DNA from: Fimbriimonadaceae bacterium
GTDB lineage: Bacteria > Armatimonadota > Fimbriimonadia > Fimbriimonadales > Fimbriimonadaceae
Assembly: GCA_020847855.1 (NCBI GenBank)
Contig: JADLBH010000021.1
Span: 4,773 to 68,772 of the forward strand
Reading direction: 5' to 3'
DNA: 64,000 nucleotides
The translations under genes and the position numbers were made by a program. Every line of letters starts with the position of its first letter. Positions within the stretch are counted from its first letter, which is position 1. The notes under the pieces are model-generated. The model was not told the origin of the DNA and ran no database searches. It worked only from the letters and a program-made list of their open reading frames with translations. This document shows, in pieces, positions 8,764 to 19,145 of the stretch.

Positions 8764-9918
8764 ATGACCCTCAAGCTGGCCGCACGCACCCGCGCGTTGC
8801 GCCCATCCCCCACGCTCGCTATGGGGGCCAAGGCGAGGAAGATGCGGGAGGCGGGCAGGAGCGTCGTGTCCTTCGCCGCGGGCGAGCCGGACTTCGGTAC
8901 GCCCCCGGAGGTTTGCGACGAGGCGATCCGCGCCCTACGGGCCGGGGAGACCAAGTACACGCCTTCCTCGGGTACCGCACAGCTCCGCAAAGCGATCGCC
9001 GAGAAGTTCATACGCGAGAATGGGCTCGACGCCACACCGGAGGACGTCATGGCGACCTGCGGCGCAAAGCAGGCGCTTTACAATGCCTTCAACGTTCTGC
9101 TCGATCCCGGCGAAGAGGCCATCGTGCTCGCTCCCTGCTGGCCCACGTACCTCGACCAGTTGGTCGTGTCCGGAGCGGTCCCGGTGCCCGTCCGAGGTTG
9201 CGATGCCGAAACCCTGGAGGGCGCAGTCTCTCCACGGACCCGCGCAATTGTCGTGAACTCCCCTTGCAACCCCACCGGAGGCACCCTCGACGCTGAGAGT
9301 CTCGCCGAGATTGGTCGGTTTGCGGACCGGCACGGACTTTGGGTCGTCAGCGACGAGATCTATGAGCGGCTTCAGTACGAAGGAGAGCACCTCTCCACGG
9401 CGAAGTTCTGTGAACCGCAGCGCTGCATCACGATCTCTGGCTGTAGCAAGACCTACGCAATGACGGGTTGGAGAATCGGATTCGCACACGGGCCGACCGA
9501 GGTCGTTCGCGCCATGGGATGCCTCCAGGATCAGGTAACAAGCAACCCGACGACCTTCGCCCAAGCGGGTGCGATCGCTGCGCTTCAGTTGCCAAACCAA
9601 AAGGTGGAGGAGATGCGCGAAACGTTTCGACGCAGGCGCGACTTGATCGTTTCCGAGCTCCAGGTGCGCCTCGGGATCGCGGTCCCCTCGCCCAAGGGAG
9701 CCTTTTACGTGATGCTGGGCCTCGCCCAGTTCCTCCGTCCAGAAGAAACGGACGTCGAGTTCGCTGACGCGCTCCTTGAGGCAGTCGGGGTGGCGACCGT
9801 GCCTGGCTCGTTCTTCCTTGCCGAGGACAGCTTGCGGTTGAGCTACGCGACGAGCGAGGAGGATATCATAGACGGGGTGGGCCGCTTGGCCGAGTTCGTG
9901 CAGGGGAGAAGGCAGTGA
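8764..9918 (+). CDS. class I pyridoxal-phosphate aminotransferase (aspartate aminotransferase type)
   Basis: Motifs FAAGEPDF, YTPSSG, NSPCNPTG, SDEIYE, SKTYAMTGWRIGF. ATG 8764 is chosen; 8731 and 8749 are also possible. Confidence 0.8.
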   Translation: MTLKLAARTRALRPSPTLAMGAKARKMREAGRSVVSFAAGEPDFGTPPEVCDEAIRALRAGETKYTPSSGTAQLRKAIAEKFIRENGLDATPEDVMATCGAKQALYNAFNVLLDPGEEAIVLAPCWPTYLDQLVVSGAVPVPVRGCDAETLEGAVSPRTRAIVVNSPCNPTGGTLDAESLAEIGRFADRHGLWVVSDEIYERLQYEGEHLSTAKFCEPQRCITISGCSKTYAMTGWRIGFAHGPTEVVRAMGCLQDQVTSNPTTFAQAGAIAALQLPNQKVEEMRETFRRRRDLIVSELQVRLGIAVPSPKGAFYVMLGLAQFLRPEETDVEFADALLEAVGVATVPGSFFLAEDSLRLSYATSEEDIIDGVGRLAEFVQGRRQ

Positions 9919-10637
9919 TCCCTTCCATCCTCCCCCTCAAGGACGAGACCCTGTTTCGCCTTGCGATGCGGCACTCCTCGGCTGCGCGGGACGTGGTCCG
10001 GGACAGCTACGAGCGCCTCGAGTTCTTCGGGGACAGCGTGCTAGGCATCATCGTCGCGCAGTACCTCTACGAGCACCACCCGGACTGGGATCAAGGCATG
10101 ATGAGCAAGGCGCGGTCGAGCGTCGTGCAGGAAGGCCCCCTGGCAGAGGTCGCGCTTCGGCTAGGTTTGGAATCGCACCTTGAGCTGAGCCAGAGCGAGG
10201 AGAACTCGGGGGCTCGGCACCGTCCCGCCGTGCTGTGCGACATCTTCGAGGCCGTGGTGGGCGCGATCTATGTGGAGGGAGGCTTGGAGAAGGCGCGCTG
10301 GTTCGTTCTCGAACAGCTTCAACCGTTCTTGGAACAAGTGAGTGGGGGCGATGTCAGCCCACACGACCATAAGTCCCGGTTGCAGGAGTTCGCACAGTCC
10401 ATGTGGCGCATGACTCCGCAGTACCGGGTCGCCAAGGAGGGGGGCGCCTCCCATGAAAGGCGATTTACGGTCGAGGTCCTCTTTGACCAGGAGCTGTTCG
10501 GCGAAGGGGTCGGCCGCTCGAAGCGCGAGGCGGAGCAAGCCGCGGCCAAGGATGCGCTCGAAACGATTGACAGGGCCCTCCAAAGGAAGGGCGAAGCCAC
10601 AAGCCCCACGTTCGATTCAACGAAGTCCCGCTCGTAA
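9915..10637 (+). CDS. rnc: ribonuclease III
   Basis: ERLEFFGDSVLG signature, FEAVVGAIY, and a C-terminal dsRBD (GRSKREAEQAAAKDAL). GTG start overlaps the upstream stop (GTGA). Confidence 0.9.
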   Translation: MIPSILPLKDETLFRLAMRHSSAARDVVRDSYERLEFFGDSVLGIIVAQYLYEHHPDWDQGMMSKARSSVVQEGPLAEVALRLGLESHLELSQSEENSGARHRPAVLCDIFEAVVGAIYVEGGLEKARWFVLEQLQPFLEQVSGGDVSPHDHKSRLQEFAQSMWRMTPQYRVAKEGGASHERRFTVEVLFDQELFGEGVGRSKREAEQAAAKDALETIDRALQRKGEATSPTFDSTKSRS

Positions 10638-10686
10638 TCCTGCTAGAGAATGCGAGATTCGGAACCGTGGCACGCTCCTTGCGGTC

Positions 10687-10692
10687 TATAAT
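10687..10692 (+). promoter_or_regulatory. candidate -10 element (perfect TATAAT) upstream of the PEP-CTERM gene
   Basis: TATAAT lies in the 123-nt AT-enriched intergenic region. No convincing -35. Confidence 0.25.
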
Positions 10693-10760
10693 CAATGCGT
10701 AGCCCGTGGTTCTCCGACCTTGGGGGTGCTCGGTCTATCTCTTCCGAGAGGTGCAATACT

Positions 10761-11498
10761 ATGAATCCTGTTCGAATCTGGCTCCTTGTTGCGACATTGG
10801 CCACAACTGTGATCGCCAGTGCAAGTACGGAACCTCACTCGTTCCTCCTTTACCCTGCGCCCAACCATGCCTCGCTCATGCGACAGGCGCGCAACGAACC
10901 GGTCCTCATGAACCGGTTCACACGCCACTTCGGCATGGATCGGGACGAAGTCCTTTCCATGTTGGAAGGGTTGCGACTCGGGAGGTTGGAGTCCGACGGC
11001 ATGTACCTCATCTACAACGTCCCGGAGTCGGAGGAACTGCGCTCGCGCGTCATCTTCTACCGCAAGGGAACCCTGGTTTGGGTGAACCAGAGCGGCCAGC
11101 CTGTCCTCAAGGCCTCGTGCGCAAACCCGATGGTGCGAGGCACCGACATCGCGCTCGCCTACGTCGCCCCGCCCAAGATGAGCATGACCAGTTCCATGTC
11201 CATGCGGGACTTCGAGGCCGTCACACCGCCTGAGACCGCGATGGTCTTGAACCCCATGACCACGATCGAACCGACCGTGATCGAGAACAGTGCCCAGGCG
11301 CTCTTGCCGCAGCCTCCCGAAATCCCGACGATCAGCAACCAGCCGATCGGTGCCCCGTGGTGGATCCTTCCGGCTGCCGGCGCTTTCTTGATCCGCACGG
11401 GTGACGATCCGCCTCCGATCCCAGAGCCGTTCACCATCGTAAGCTTCGGCGCTGGTATGGCCGCCCTCATCGCTCGCCGAAGAGCGAAGAAGAACTAG
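10761..11498 (+). CDS. PEP-CTERM sorting-domain secreted protein, unknown function
   Basis: Signal peptide MNPVRIWLLVATLATTVIASAS. C-terminus is PIPEPFTIVSFGAGMAALIARRRAKKN (PEP, TM helix, basic tail). Confidence 0.7.
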   Translation: MNPVRIWLLVATLATTVIASASTEPHSFLLYPAPNHASLMRQARNEPVLMNRFTRHFGMDRDEVLSMLEGLRLGRLESDGMYLIYNVPESEELRSRVIFYRKGTLVWVNQSGQPVLKASCANPMVRGTDIALAYVAPPKMSMTSSMSMRDFEAVTPPETAMVLNPMTTIEPTVIENSAQALLPQPPEIPTISNQPIGAPWWILPAAGAFLIRTGDDPPPIPEPFTIVSFGAGMAALIARRRAKKN

Positions 11499-11506
11499 CC
11501 CGCGAA

Positions 11507-12598
11507 CTACCCGAACGGGATGAGCCTCAACTCCGAAGCAGGATCGGAGTTGAGGCTTTCATGTCCGTCCTGCGTGACCGTAACGATGTTCTCGATCCGA
11601 ACCCCGAATTCGCCGGGGACGTAGACCCCCGGCTCGATGCTGAAGCAGTCGTGCTCCAAGAGCGCCACGTCGCTCCCGCCTACGATGAAAGGCTCCTCGT
11701 GAATGCGAAGCCCGATCCCATGCCCGGTCCGGTGGACAAAATACTGGCCCAGCCCAGCTTGGGCTATCACCTCGCGTGCTGCGTGGTCCACCGAGCCACA
11801 GGTCGCACCGGGCCGGATCGCGCTTCTCGCCGCATAGTGCGCTTTGGCGACCGTGGCATAGGCCTCTCTCTGCGCGTCCGAGGCGGTTCCGAGGCCTACC
11901 GTGCGCGTCGTGTCGCTCAAGTATCCATCCACCGTACAGCCGTAATCCATGATGAGCAGGTGGCCTCGCTCCAGCTTGGACGCCCCGGTCTCGTGATGGG
12001 GCTCGGCCCCATGGGGTCCAGTCGCGACGATCCCGAAGTGCGGGTGGCCGCCGCGCTTACGCATTTCGTCGGAAAGCATGTGGGCCACGTCCGCCTCCGT
12101 CATTCCGGGCCGGATTGACGCGAGCACAGGCTCCATGGCCTCGTCGGCGATCTTAGCTGCTCGACGCAGCGCATCAAGCTCGGTATCGTCTTTCTGACGC
12201 ACGAGTCGTGAGATGAGGTCCCTGCCGGGAACGAACTTCGTGTCCGCCATAAGCCCCTGAAGGTGGAGGAGGTGATCGGCCCGAGTCTCGTTGTCCACGG
12301 CGACCGTGTGGCCCGCCAAGCCCCAATCGGCGGCAAGCTCGCGGAGCAGCCCGTCCGGCCCTGGGCCGTCGTCCCACGGCCGTACGTCGCGGATGCCCGC
12401 TCGCCTCGCCTGGTTCGCCGAGAGGGACGGACCGATGAACCGAACGTCGCCCTGGGAGCTAAAGGCGCACGCGAGGAGGCGCATTCCTCCTTCCTCCGCC
12501 AGGCCGGTGAGATAGCGCATCGTGGGGGCGGCGGTCGCGAGGAAGGCGGTGACGCCCGATTCGGCAAGGGTGTCGGCAAGGCGATTGGCTCGACGCAT
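11507..12598 (-). CDS. M24-family Xaa-Pro dipeptidase/aminopeptidase
   Basis: Motifs DYGCTVDGYLSDTTRT, HRTGHGIGLRIHEEP, SIEPGVY, RIEN. ATG at 12598 is chosen (MRRANRL...); the longer ORF extension looks non-coding. Confidence 0.85.
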   Translation of the reverse strand: MRRANRLADTLAESGVTAFLATAAPTMRYLTGLAEEGGMRLLACAFSSQGDVRFIGPSLSANQARRAGIRDVRPWDDGPGPDGLLRELAADWGLAGHTVAVDNETRADHLLHLQGLMADTKFVPGRDLISRLVRQKDDTELDALRRAAKIADEAMEPVLASIRPGMTEADVAHMLSDEMRKRGGHPHFGIVATGPHGAEPHHETGASKLERGHLLIMDYGCTVDGYLSDTTRTVGLGTASDAQREAYATVAKAHYAARSAIRPGATCGSVDHAAREVIAQAGLGQYFVHRTGHGIGLRIHEEPFIVGGSDVALLEHDCFSIEPGVYVPGEFGVRIENIVTVTQDGHESLNSDPASELRLIPFG

Positions 12599-12661
12599 GC
12601 CCTCAGAATGGCCGCGAGCCCAGCCCGGCTCGTGGGACCTATGCAAGAATCTACGCTGACC

Positions 12662-15600
12662 ATGCGCCGATCTCATTGTCTTTCCGGGCGAGCCCCGCTC
12701 CTCGCGGCCGCCCTCCTTTTCGCATGCGGCGTCGCTGTGCCCGCTCCGGGCGGTGCGTTGCGCCGCGATCCGGTGACCCTGCGCCTCCAAGGCGAGGTGG
12801 ACCAGGTCGCGCGATACAAGACCACGGTCAACCTTAAGTTCTCCGTGGAGGGCCAAGGCCTCGAACTCAAGGTCGAGCAGGTCGAGAGAGCCAAGGTGAC
12901 CGCGGTCGGTGAGGACGGCACGATCACGCTCGAGCGGACGGTGGAATCGAGCAAGCAGAGCATGGACGGGCAGGAACTCCCCACCGAAGAACCGTCCGGG
13001 CCTTCCACCCTCGTGCTGAACCCGAACGGAACCTTGGTGAGATACGACTCGGACGAGGACAAGGCGACCAAGGAGTTCTCGGCCCGGATGTCACAAGCCG
13101 GCACCATCGCGTTCCCCGAGGAAGAGATCGAGGTCGGGCACGAGTGGGCCCACGAGTTCGCCGCGAACTCGACCCTCGGTACCGTCGCTGCCAAGGCCCG
13201 CTATGTCTATGAGGCCGACGAGGAAGCGGCCGGGGCAGCGTGCGCCAAGGTCAAGTCTAGCTATGCGGAGCACGGGACCAACGGAATGAAGGTCGAGGGA
13301 ACGTACTGGGTCGAACTCGCTTCGGGAGACGTGGTCAAGTCAACGTTCGAGTACCAAAACGTCGCCCTTCCCGGCACCGAACCTCCCGTCTACGGCAGTG
13401 CCAGCGGCGAGATGGAACGGACGGAGGGAGGCCTGGTGAAGGTCGAGGGACAGGAGGCGGCCGACGAGCAGGAAAAGCCCGAGACGATTGACGAGAAGAC
13501 CAAGGGCTTCGAGAAGATCGAGGGTCAGTTCACCTTCTACAAGAAGGTCGAGGATGGCGACACGACGCTCTATATGGAGATTCCCACGAGCCTTCTTGGC
13601 AAGTGGACGATGCTCCAGGCCACCGCCAGCACCGGAACCTCGAGCGAGCTCGTTGCAGGCGACCCCTTGACCGACCTTCTCTTCCAGTTCCAGGAGCTTC
13701 GCAAGGACAAGCTCACCATGGTGGTTCCGAACTATCTTTTCCGCGCCAAGGCCGGCTATGAGATCAAAAAGGCGGTCGAGCGCAGCTTCGCCGACGCCTA
13801 CATCGAGCAGTTCGATATCGAGGCCCGACAAGAGGATCGCGGCGCGATCTTGATTGACGTCGGGAGCCTCTTCACGGGCAACATTAGCGGCATTGAGGAC
13901 CGTTTCGGAGGGGGCGGCATGATGGCAGCCCTGACTGGCGAGGGGGGCGAAAGCTACTCGCTGGACGACAGCTCCACCTTCGTCACCTCCATCAAGTCGT
14001 TCCCGCTCAACTCGGTGATCGAGACCCTCTACAACTTCCGGAGCCAAGGCGGCAGCGGCTCGCTCCAAGACATGGTGTCCCCGCTCGGGGCGGACCCTAG
14101 GAGCCGGGCAGTCCGGGTCACCTACAACCTCTACGCCCTTCCGGAGAGCACCGGCTTCCAGCCGCGCACTGCGGATGCAAGGGTCGGCTATTTCACTGTG
14201 AGCTTCCAAGACTTCACGCGCGACCGGGACCGTGACCAAACGAAGCAGTGGATCAACCGCTGGAACCTGGTGAAGAAGGATCCGGAAGCCGCCGTCTCCG
14301 AACCGGTCAAGCCCATCGAGTTCTGGCTCGACAACGCCATCCCCAAGCCTTACCGAGAGACGGTACAAGGCTCGATCCTGATGTGGAACTCTGCCCTGGA
14401 GGCCGCCGGGTTCAAGAACGCCATCGTGGTCAAGCAAATGTCCGACGAGCCTGAGTTCGACACGGCGGACATGCGATACAACGTCCTTCGTTGGGTCGCT
14501 TCGCCTGCTGACGCCTACGCCGTCGCGAACTTCCGAGTCAACCCCATGACCGGCGAGATCATCAATGCCAGCATCACCGTGGACGCGAACATCATGCGCG
14601 CAGCAACCGGCGAGCTAGAAGGCGTTGTCCGCCCGCTCAACCGCAAGCACAACCCCTTCGCTTGCGACTGTCTCCGAGCTGCCGCAGACCAAGCCGGTGT
14701 GGCCTGGAGCGCTTTGAACCTGCTCTCGGAGCCGGGCAAGCTCGACGAGGACCGCTACATCAAGGAGTTCATCGAGGGGTTCATCGTCCACGAAATGGGA
14801 CACATCCTAGGGCTGCGACACAACTTCGCCGCCAGCACCCAACTCAGTACCCAAGAGCTCGGCAACGCCGAAATCGTTGGCACGAAGTCCACTGCGTCCT
14901 CAGTGATGGACTACATTCCGCTCAACCTGTGGGCGCTCGGCAAGGAAGGGCTCCCGTACTACGGGCCAGGGCTAGGGGACTACGACATGTGGGCGATTCA
15001 CTATGGCTACGGCGACTTTGGAGCGCCAGGCACCCGGGCCGAGGAGACCGCCCTTGCGGAGCTCGCTTCGAAGAACAACGAGTCCGGGCATGCCTACCAG
15101 TCCGACGAGGCTGCCGACATGTTCGACCCGTACATCAGCCGGTTCGACCTGGGCAGCGACCCTCTCACCTATTGGTCGAAGAACATGTCCATGTCGAAGT
15201 GGCTCCTCCGCAACCTCGACGAGCGGCTCCCCGGCTATGGCAGGAGCTACTACGACCTGACTCGCGAGTACGAGCGGTTGCTCCGCACGATCGGCAGGAG
15301 CTCGGGAGGAATGGTCCGGTTCGTGGGCGGCTTGCGCCGGAACGCCAACTTCAAAGGCGACGCGGGCGAGCAGCCCACATTGAAGCCGGTGGACGCAAGC
15401 GTGCAGCGCGCCGCCCTCAAGGCCATCACGGAGGATGTTCTTGCCGCCGGTGCGATCAAGGTGCCGACTCGGCTCATGAACCGCTTCGCGCCGAACCCGG
15501 ACGCAGGGATGGTGGAGTCGTTCTTGAGCGGCCTGGAGCCGCACAACGTCCTGGACGAGATCTCGGCCGTGCCGGTCTCTGCCGTGAGGTCACTTCTCGC

Positions 15601-16024
15601 TCCTGACCTCCTCTCCAGGGTCGTGAACAATGAGTTCAAGACGATGGGCGACCCCCACCGCTTCACGCTCGCCGAGCTGTTCAAGTCCTTGGACTCCGCG
15701 GTGTGGACCGAGTTGGGAACTGGAGCCGAGATTGACGCGGTGCGCCGAGAAACCCAACGCGCCCACGTGGAGATCCTGACCGGGTTTCTCACGAGCCCAC
15801 CCCCCGGCCTGCCCGCCGACGCGCGAACCCTGGCGCTACAGGCGGTGAAGTCCCTGGGCCAGAGGATTGCGGTCGCGGCCCCGACCGCGGCCGGCCCCTA
15901 TGGGCGAGCCCACCTCGAGGACCTGCTCAGCCAGATCGCCAAGTCGCTGAACGCGGTGCAGACGATGGGCGGAAGGGCCTCTAGCGCACCCAGCCTCCTG
16001 GAGCAACTGCTGGGCGGGGGCTAG
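12662..16024 (+). CDS. large secreted zinc metalloprotease lipoprotein (HExxH; DUF5117/DUF4953-like by recollection)
   Basis: Signal plus lipobox LLFACG. Zincin motif HEMGHILGLRHNF followed by SSVMDY. About 1120 aa. Start 12641 is also possible. Confidence 0.75.
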   Translation: MRRSHCLSGRAPLLAAALLFACGVAVPAPGGALRRDPVTLRLQGEVDQVARYKTTVNLKFSVEGQGLELKVEQVERAKVTAVGEDGTITLERTVESSKQSMDGQELPTEEPSGPSTLVLNPNGTLVRYDSDEDKATKEFSARMSQAGTIAFPEEEIEVGHEWAHEFAANSTLGTVAAKARYVYEADEEAAGAACAKVKSSYAEHGTNGMKVEGTYWVELASGDVVKSTFEYQNVALPGTEPPVYGSASGEMERTEGGLVKVEGQEAADEQEKPETIDEKTKGFEKIEGQFTFYKKVEDGDTTLYMEIPTSLLGKWTMLQATASTGTSSELVAGDPLTDLLFQFQELRKDKLTMVVPNYLFRAKAGYEIKKAVERSFADAYIEQFDIEARQEDRGAILIDVGSLFTGNISGIEDRFGGGGMMAALTGEGGESYSLDDSSTFVTSIKSFPLNSVIETLYNFRSQGGSGSLQDMVSPLGADPRSRAVRVTYNLYALPESTGFQPRTADARVGYFTVSFQDFTRDRDRDQTKQWINRWNLVKKDPEAAVSEPVKPIEFWLDNAIPKPYRETVQGSILMWNSALEAAGFKNAIVVKQMSDEPEFDTADMRYNVLRWVASPADAYAVANFRVNPMTGEIINASITVDANIMRAATGELEGVVRPLNRKHNPFACDCLRAAADQAGVAWSALNLLSEPGKLDEDRYIKEFIEGFIVHEMGHILGLRHNFAASTQLSTQELGNAEIVGTKSTASSVMDYIPLNLWALGKEGLPYYGPGLGDYDMWAIHYGYGDFGAPGTRAEETALAELASKNNESGHAYQSDEAADMFDPYISRFDLGSDPLTYWSKNMSMSKWLLRNLDERLPGYGRSYYDLTREYERLLRTIGRSSGGMVRFVGGLRRNANFKGDAGEQPTLKPVDASVQRAALKAITEDVLAAGAIKVPTRLMNRFAPNPDAGMVESFLSGLEPHNVLDEISAVPVSAVRSLLAPDLLSRVVNNEFKTMGDPHRFTLAELFKSLDSAVWTELGTGAEIDAVRRETQRAHVEILTGFLTSPPPGLPADARTLALQAVKSLGQRIAVAAPTAAGPYGRAHLEDLLSQIAKSLNAVQTMGGRASSAPSLLEQLLGGG

Positions 16025-16028
16025 CTCT

Positions 16029-16703
16029 TCAAGTCCGACGGTCAGGCCAGTACTTGGCATGGCCGTCGGCGAAGAGACGGTTTCGACCTCCGATGTGTGG
16101 AGTCTTGCCCTTTAGTTCGTCCGGAACGGAAGGGATCGTTCTGGGGAAGTAGGGATCCACTGCGATTTCGACCTCTGCTACCCCTTCGGGTTGGCCGATC
16201 ACGGGGTTGTTCGCGGCCCTGAGATCCTCCAAGCCCTGGTCCGGTGACTTACCCCAAAGGTTGTCGAGCGGGACCGGGTCAGACGTGCTATCGAACCGCC
16301 ACATCCAGAACCCGGTGTGCGCGGTTCCTGCTTCCTGATAAACCCGAGGCTCCGTCTTGAACCTCGGCAGCGTGCTCGGACAAGCGAAGACTTCAGATAT
16401 AAAACCATACGGTTGAAGCACAACGATCGCCCAGCCAGACCGCGGATCGGAAGGGGGCCAGCCCGACCAGGGGCGATAGCCGCCAGGCAACGAGGACTTG
16501 AGATCGCGCCGGTCAGGAAATCGGTCGTCGGCATCCGCCATGTAGAGCATCAAGGAGGTTCCGACCTGCCGCATGTTCGAAAGGCACGTCGCCCGTTTCG
16601 CTGCCTCCTTCGCCTGGGCAAAGACTGGGAACAGGATCGCGGCCAAGATCGCAATGATCGCGATCACGACCAGAAGCTCGATCAAAGTAAAGCCGCGGCG
16701 CAT
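16029..16703 (-). CDS. prepilin-type N-terminal cleavage/methylation protein with H-X9-DG C-terminal motif
   Basis: N-terminus is [29 protein letters not shown]-terminus is [13 protein letters not shown], which fits H-X9-DG. Confidence 0.85.
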   Translation of the reverse strand: MRRGFTLIELLVVIAIIAILAAILFPVFAQAKEAAKRATCLSNMRQVGTSLMLYMADADDRFPDRRDLKSSLPGGYRPWSGWPPSDPRSGWAIVVLQPYGFISEVFACPSTLPRFKTEPRVYQEAGTAHTGFWMWRFDSTSDPVPLDNLWGKSPDQGLEDLRAANNPVIGQPEGVAEVEIAVDPYFPRTIPSVPDELKGKTPHIGGRNRLFADGHAKYWPDRRT

Positions 16704-16736
16704 CTCAGCACTAGTACGCTGGGAGGGCCTTGGAAG

Positions 16737-17249
16737 TTACCCAGGGCTTTGGAATCGCTCTCTCAGTCTCGGCACGATGTCCTCGATCGGGCGTCCGATC
16801 ACGGGTACCTGCACTCCGCACTTCTCGATCACCAAAGAGACGCCGGCCCGATCCACGGGTTCGGCCGCGAAGATGACGGGCTTGCCTTGGAACGTGTCCA
16901 GGACGGCCAGGGCCTCGATCAGGAGTTCGGGCGCGATCTCGGGGGGCCAAACCGGCTCTTCCTCTTCCTCGGTCGGCGGATCGAGGTATTCGACGGTGGG
17001 GGCGCTCTCCGCTGCGAGAGGCGCTTGGGCTTCGCCTCCGTCCGAACCTCCCAGGAGCGCGCGGATCTCGTCGGCAGGCAGCAAGTCTCCCTGGGCAGGA
17101 GAAGGATCGCTAGCGGGGGCATGTGGGGGCGAAGCGTCGGCTTCTGCCGACGTTTCTGCCCGCCATGCCTCCAGAACTTCCACTCGTCTCTCCAGGTCGT
17201 CACATCTCGCCTTGAGCGTGGGCTTCTTTCCTTCGGTCGCCTCGTCCAT
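16737..17249 (-). CDS. hypothetical acidic protein (N-terminal coiled-coil, Pro/Glu linker, small C-terminal domain)
   Basis: It is the only frame here with a protein-like composition. It is co-directional and sits between lutC and the pilin-like gene. I recognised no family. Confidence 0.5.
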   Translation of the reverse strand: MDEATEGKKPTLKARCDDLERRVEVLEAWRAETSAEADASPPHAPASDPSPAQGDLLPADEIRALLGGSDGGEAQAPLAAESAPTVEYLDPPTEEEEEPVWPPEIAPELLIEALAVLDTFQGKPVIFAAEPVDRAGVSLVIEKCGVQVPVIGRPIEDIVPRLRERFQSPG

Positions 17250-17293
17250 CTCCCTTCTCCCTTGGGATTTTCGGGCGGCTGTGGGCCGAATCT

Positions 17294-17821
17294 TCAGCGC
17301 CAGACCAAGAGCAGCCGGCGCGGGCCGTGGACTCCCCGGATCATGACGCCCTCAATATCTGCGCTGCGGGAGGGTCCGGTCACGATCACCGCGCTTCGCG
17401 GGCCGAGCACTCCGAGCGCCTCCTCCAAACTTGCCACGACCAGGCCACGGTCGGCCCAGACGAGATGCGTCGGTACCGCCAAGCTTGTCAATCGGCCCCG
17501 GCCCGGAGCCGAGGAGACCACGATGCTCCCGGTTTCGGGGACGAGGGCGTCGCATCCCGTGATCCCCAAGTCGGCATCCCAGGGCGATGCGTCGGTGTAT
17601 TCGCCCCATTCATCCGGCAAGGTGCCCACGTCACGATCGCGAGACCATGCCCGGCCCGGAAGCCTCGCGAGATCCTCTGCGCCAACAATCTCCCCTCCGC
17701 TCAGGCGGAAGTTGGCCTCGAACTCGGCAATCCCTCCCCGTTGCTCAGAGCCCCAAGAGGGCGGGGCGGTTCCACCACTTGGTGGGCCGACCGCGCGAAG
17801 CACCGCCTCACGGGCGTCCAT
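17294..17821 (-). CDS. lutC: lactate utilization protein C (LUD domain)
   Basis: LutC/YkgG-like blocks: GITGCDALVPETGSIVV, THLVWADRG, and TGPSRSADIEG near the C-terminus. Start overlaps the lutB stop by 14 nt. Confidence 0.75.
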   Translation of the reverse strand: MDAREAVLRAVGPPSGGTAPPSWGSEQRGGIAEFEANFRLSGGEIVGAEDLARLPGRAWSRDRDVGTLPDEWGEYTDASPWDADLGITGCDALVPETGSIVVSSAPGRGRLTSLAVPTHLVWADRGLVVASLEEALGVLGPRSAVIVTGPSRSADIEGVMIRGVHGPRRLLLVWR

Positions 17822-19145
17822 GCGGTTCCCCCTGAGCGGCGGTGCTATGGTTGTCGAGCCTCGCGTGGGATTCCCGCCAGCCTGGGGCCAAAGTTTGTGC
17901 TAGTGGCACCAGGCGAAGCGCGGCCCGCCAAGCCCGGTCGTTCTCGGCGAGGCGGCGCCAGAGCGTCCATGACCCTTGACGAGTCGCCTGCCGCCGGAGG
18001 CCGAGCAGCAAGTCTGGGATCGGAATGTTGACGGGACACGCTTCCTGACATGCGCCGCACAAAGTGGAAGCGCGCGCGAGGTCGCCATAGTCTTCCACCC
18101 CTTCGAGAGAAGGGGCGAGCACAGCACCGAGCGGTCCAGGATACACGTGACGATAGGCATGCCCGGAAACCTCGCGATAGACCGGGCAGACGTTCAAACA
18201 AGCCCCGCAGCGCAGGCAACGGAGGATCACCCTCTCGGGGGAATGGAGCACCCGTGACCGGCCGTTGTCCAGCAGGACCAAGACGACGCGGCGGGGGCCG
18301 TCCTGCTCAGCTGCCTCCCTCGGGCCCCCGATGATGTGGGTGTAGACCGTGAGGGGCTGGCCCGTCGCCGATCCGGCCAAGAGAGGCAGAAAGAGCGCGA
18401 GGTCGCGCTCGCGCGGAAGCAGCTTCTCGATCCCCATCAAGGCGATGTGCGTGTGCGGCGCGGTCGTGCTCAGACGGTTGTTTCCCTCGTTCTCGACGAC
18501 CACGATGCGCCCCGTCTCCGCGATGCCGAAGTTTGCACCGCTGATCCCCACGTCCGCCGCGACGAACTCACTTCGCAGGTGGGCACGGGCCCCTTCCGCG
18601 ATCGCCTCTGGCTCGTCGCTCGCCAAGACGATTCCCGCCTTCCGAAACGCAGCGGCCGAATCGTGGCGGTCCTTGTGGATGATCGGCGTGACGATGTGGC
18701 TGGGGTGGTCACCGTCCAGCTGGACCACAAACTCGCCCAAATCGGTCTCCACCACATGGTGGCCCGCTTGCTCCAAGTGGTGGTTCAAGCCGATCTCTTC
18801 CGTCGCCATGGACTTCCCCTTCACGACGCGGGCACCCTTGGGCCGAGCCTCTCGGCAAACGTCCTCGATCGCCTCGTTCGCCTCCTGCGCATCCCTCGCC
18901 CAAACCACTTCGATCCCCCGTCGGACGGCGGCGGCCTCGAACGCTTCCAGCATGGTGCCGAGATTCGATAGGACAAAGTCCTTGATCGCGGCCGCGTGTA
19001 TCCTTGCCGAATCAGGGTCGCCAAAGGCGCTGGAAAGTGCCGTCTTCCTTTGGGACACCTTTGTGGAACTCGCGAGACGGATCTTCTGGGTTAGGCCCTC
19101 GCCGGCACTCCTACGGAACTCCTCGAAAGGAGGGGTCAAAGGCAA
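17808..19145 (-). CDS. lutB: lactate utilization protein B (Fe-S, LUD domain)
   Basis: Motifs KGKSMATEEIGLNHHLE, ETDLGEFVVQL, PSHIVTPIIH, and two ferredoxin motifs CLRCGACLNVCPVY and CGACQEACPVNIPI. Confidence 0.85.
   Translation of the reverse strand: MPLTPPFEEFRRSAGEGLTQKIRLASSTKVSQRKTALSSAFGDPDSARIHAAAIKDFVLSNLGTMLEAFEAAAVRRGIEVVWARDAQEANEAIEDVCREARPKGARVVKGKSMATEEIGLNHHLEQAGHHVVETDLGEFVVQLDGDHPSHIVTPIIHKDRHDSAAAFRKAGIVLASDEPEAIAEGARAHLRSEFVAADVGISGANFGIAETGRIVVVENEGNNRLSTTAPHTHIALMGIEKLLPRERDLALFLPLLAGSATGQPLTVYTHIIGGPREAAEQDGPRRVVLVLLDNGRSRVLHSPERVILRCLRCGACLNVCPVYREVSGHAYRHVYPGPLGAVLAPSLEGVEDYGDLARASTLCGACQEACPVNIPIPDLLLGLRRQATRQGSWTLWRRLAENDRAWRAALRLVPLAQTLAPGWRESHARLDNHSTAAQGEPHGRP

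Noticed and set aside
12263-12661. N-terminal ORF extensions in the six-frame track (12263 for the metalloprotease, 12856 for the M24 peptidase, 21515 for rhaB, 23422 for rhaEW, 3602 for pdp, 5424 for DegT, 38767, 43960, 53439 and others)
   Set aside because: The extensions overlap neighbouring genes and have non-protein-like composition. Internal starts restore family-typical N-termini, signal peptides or 4-nt stop/start overlaps.
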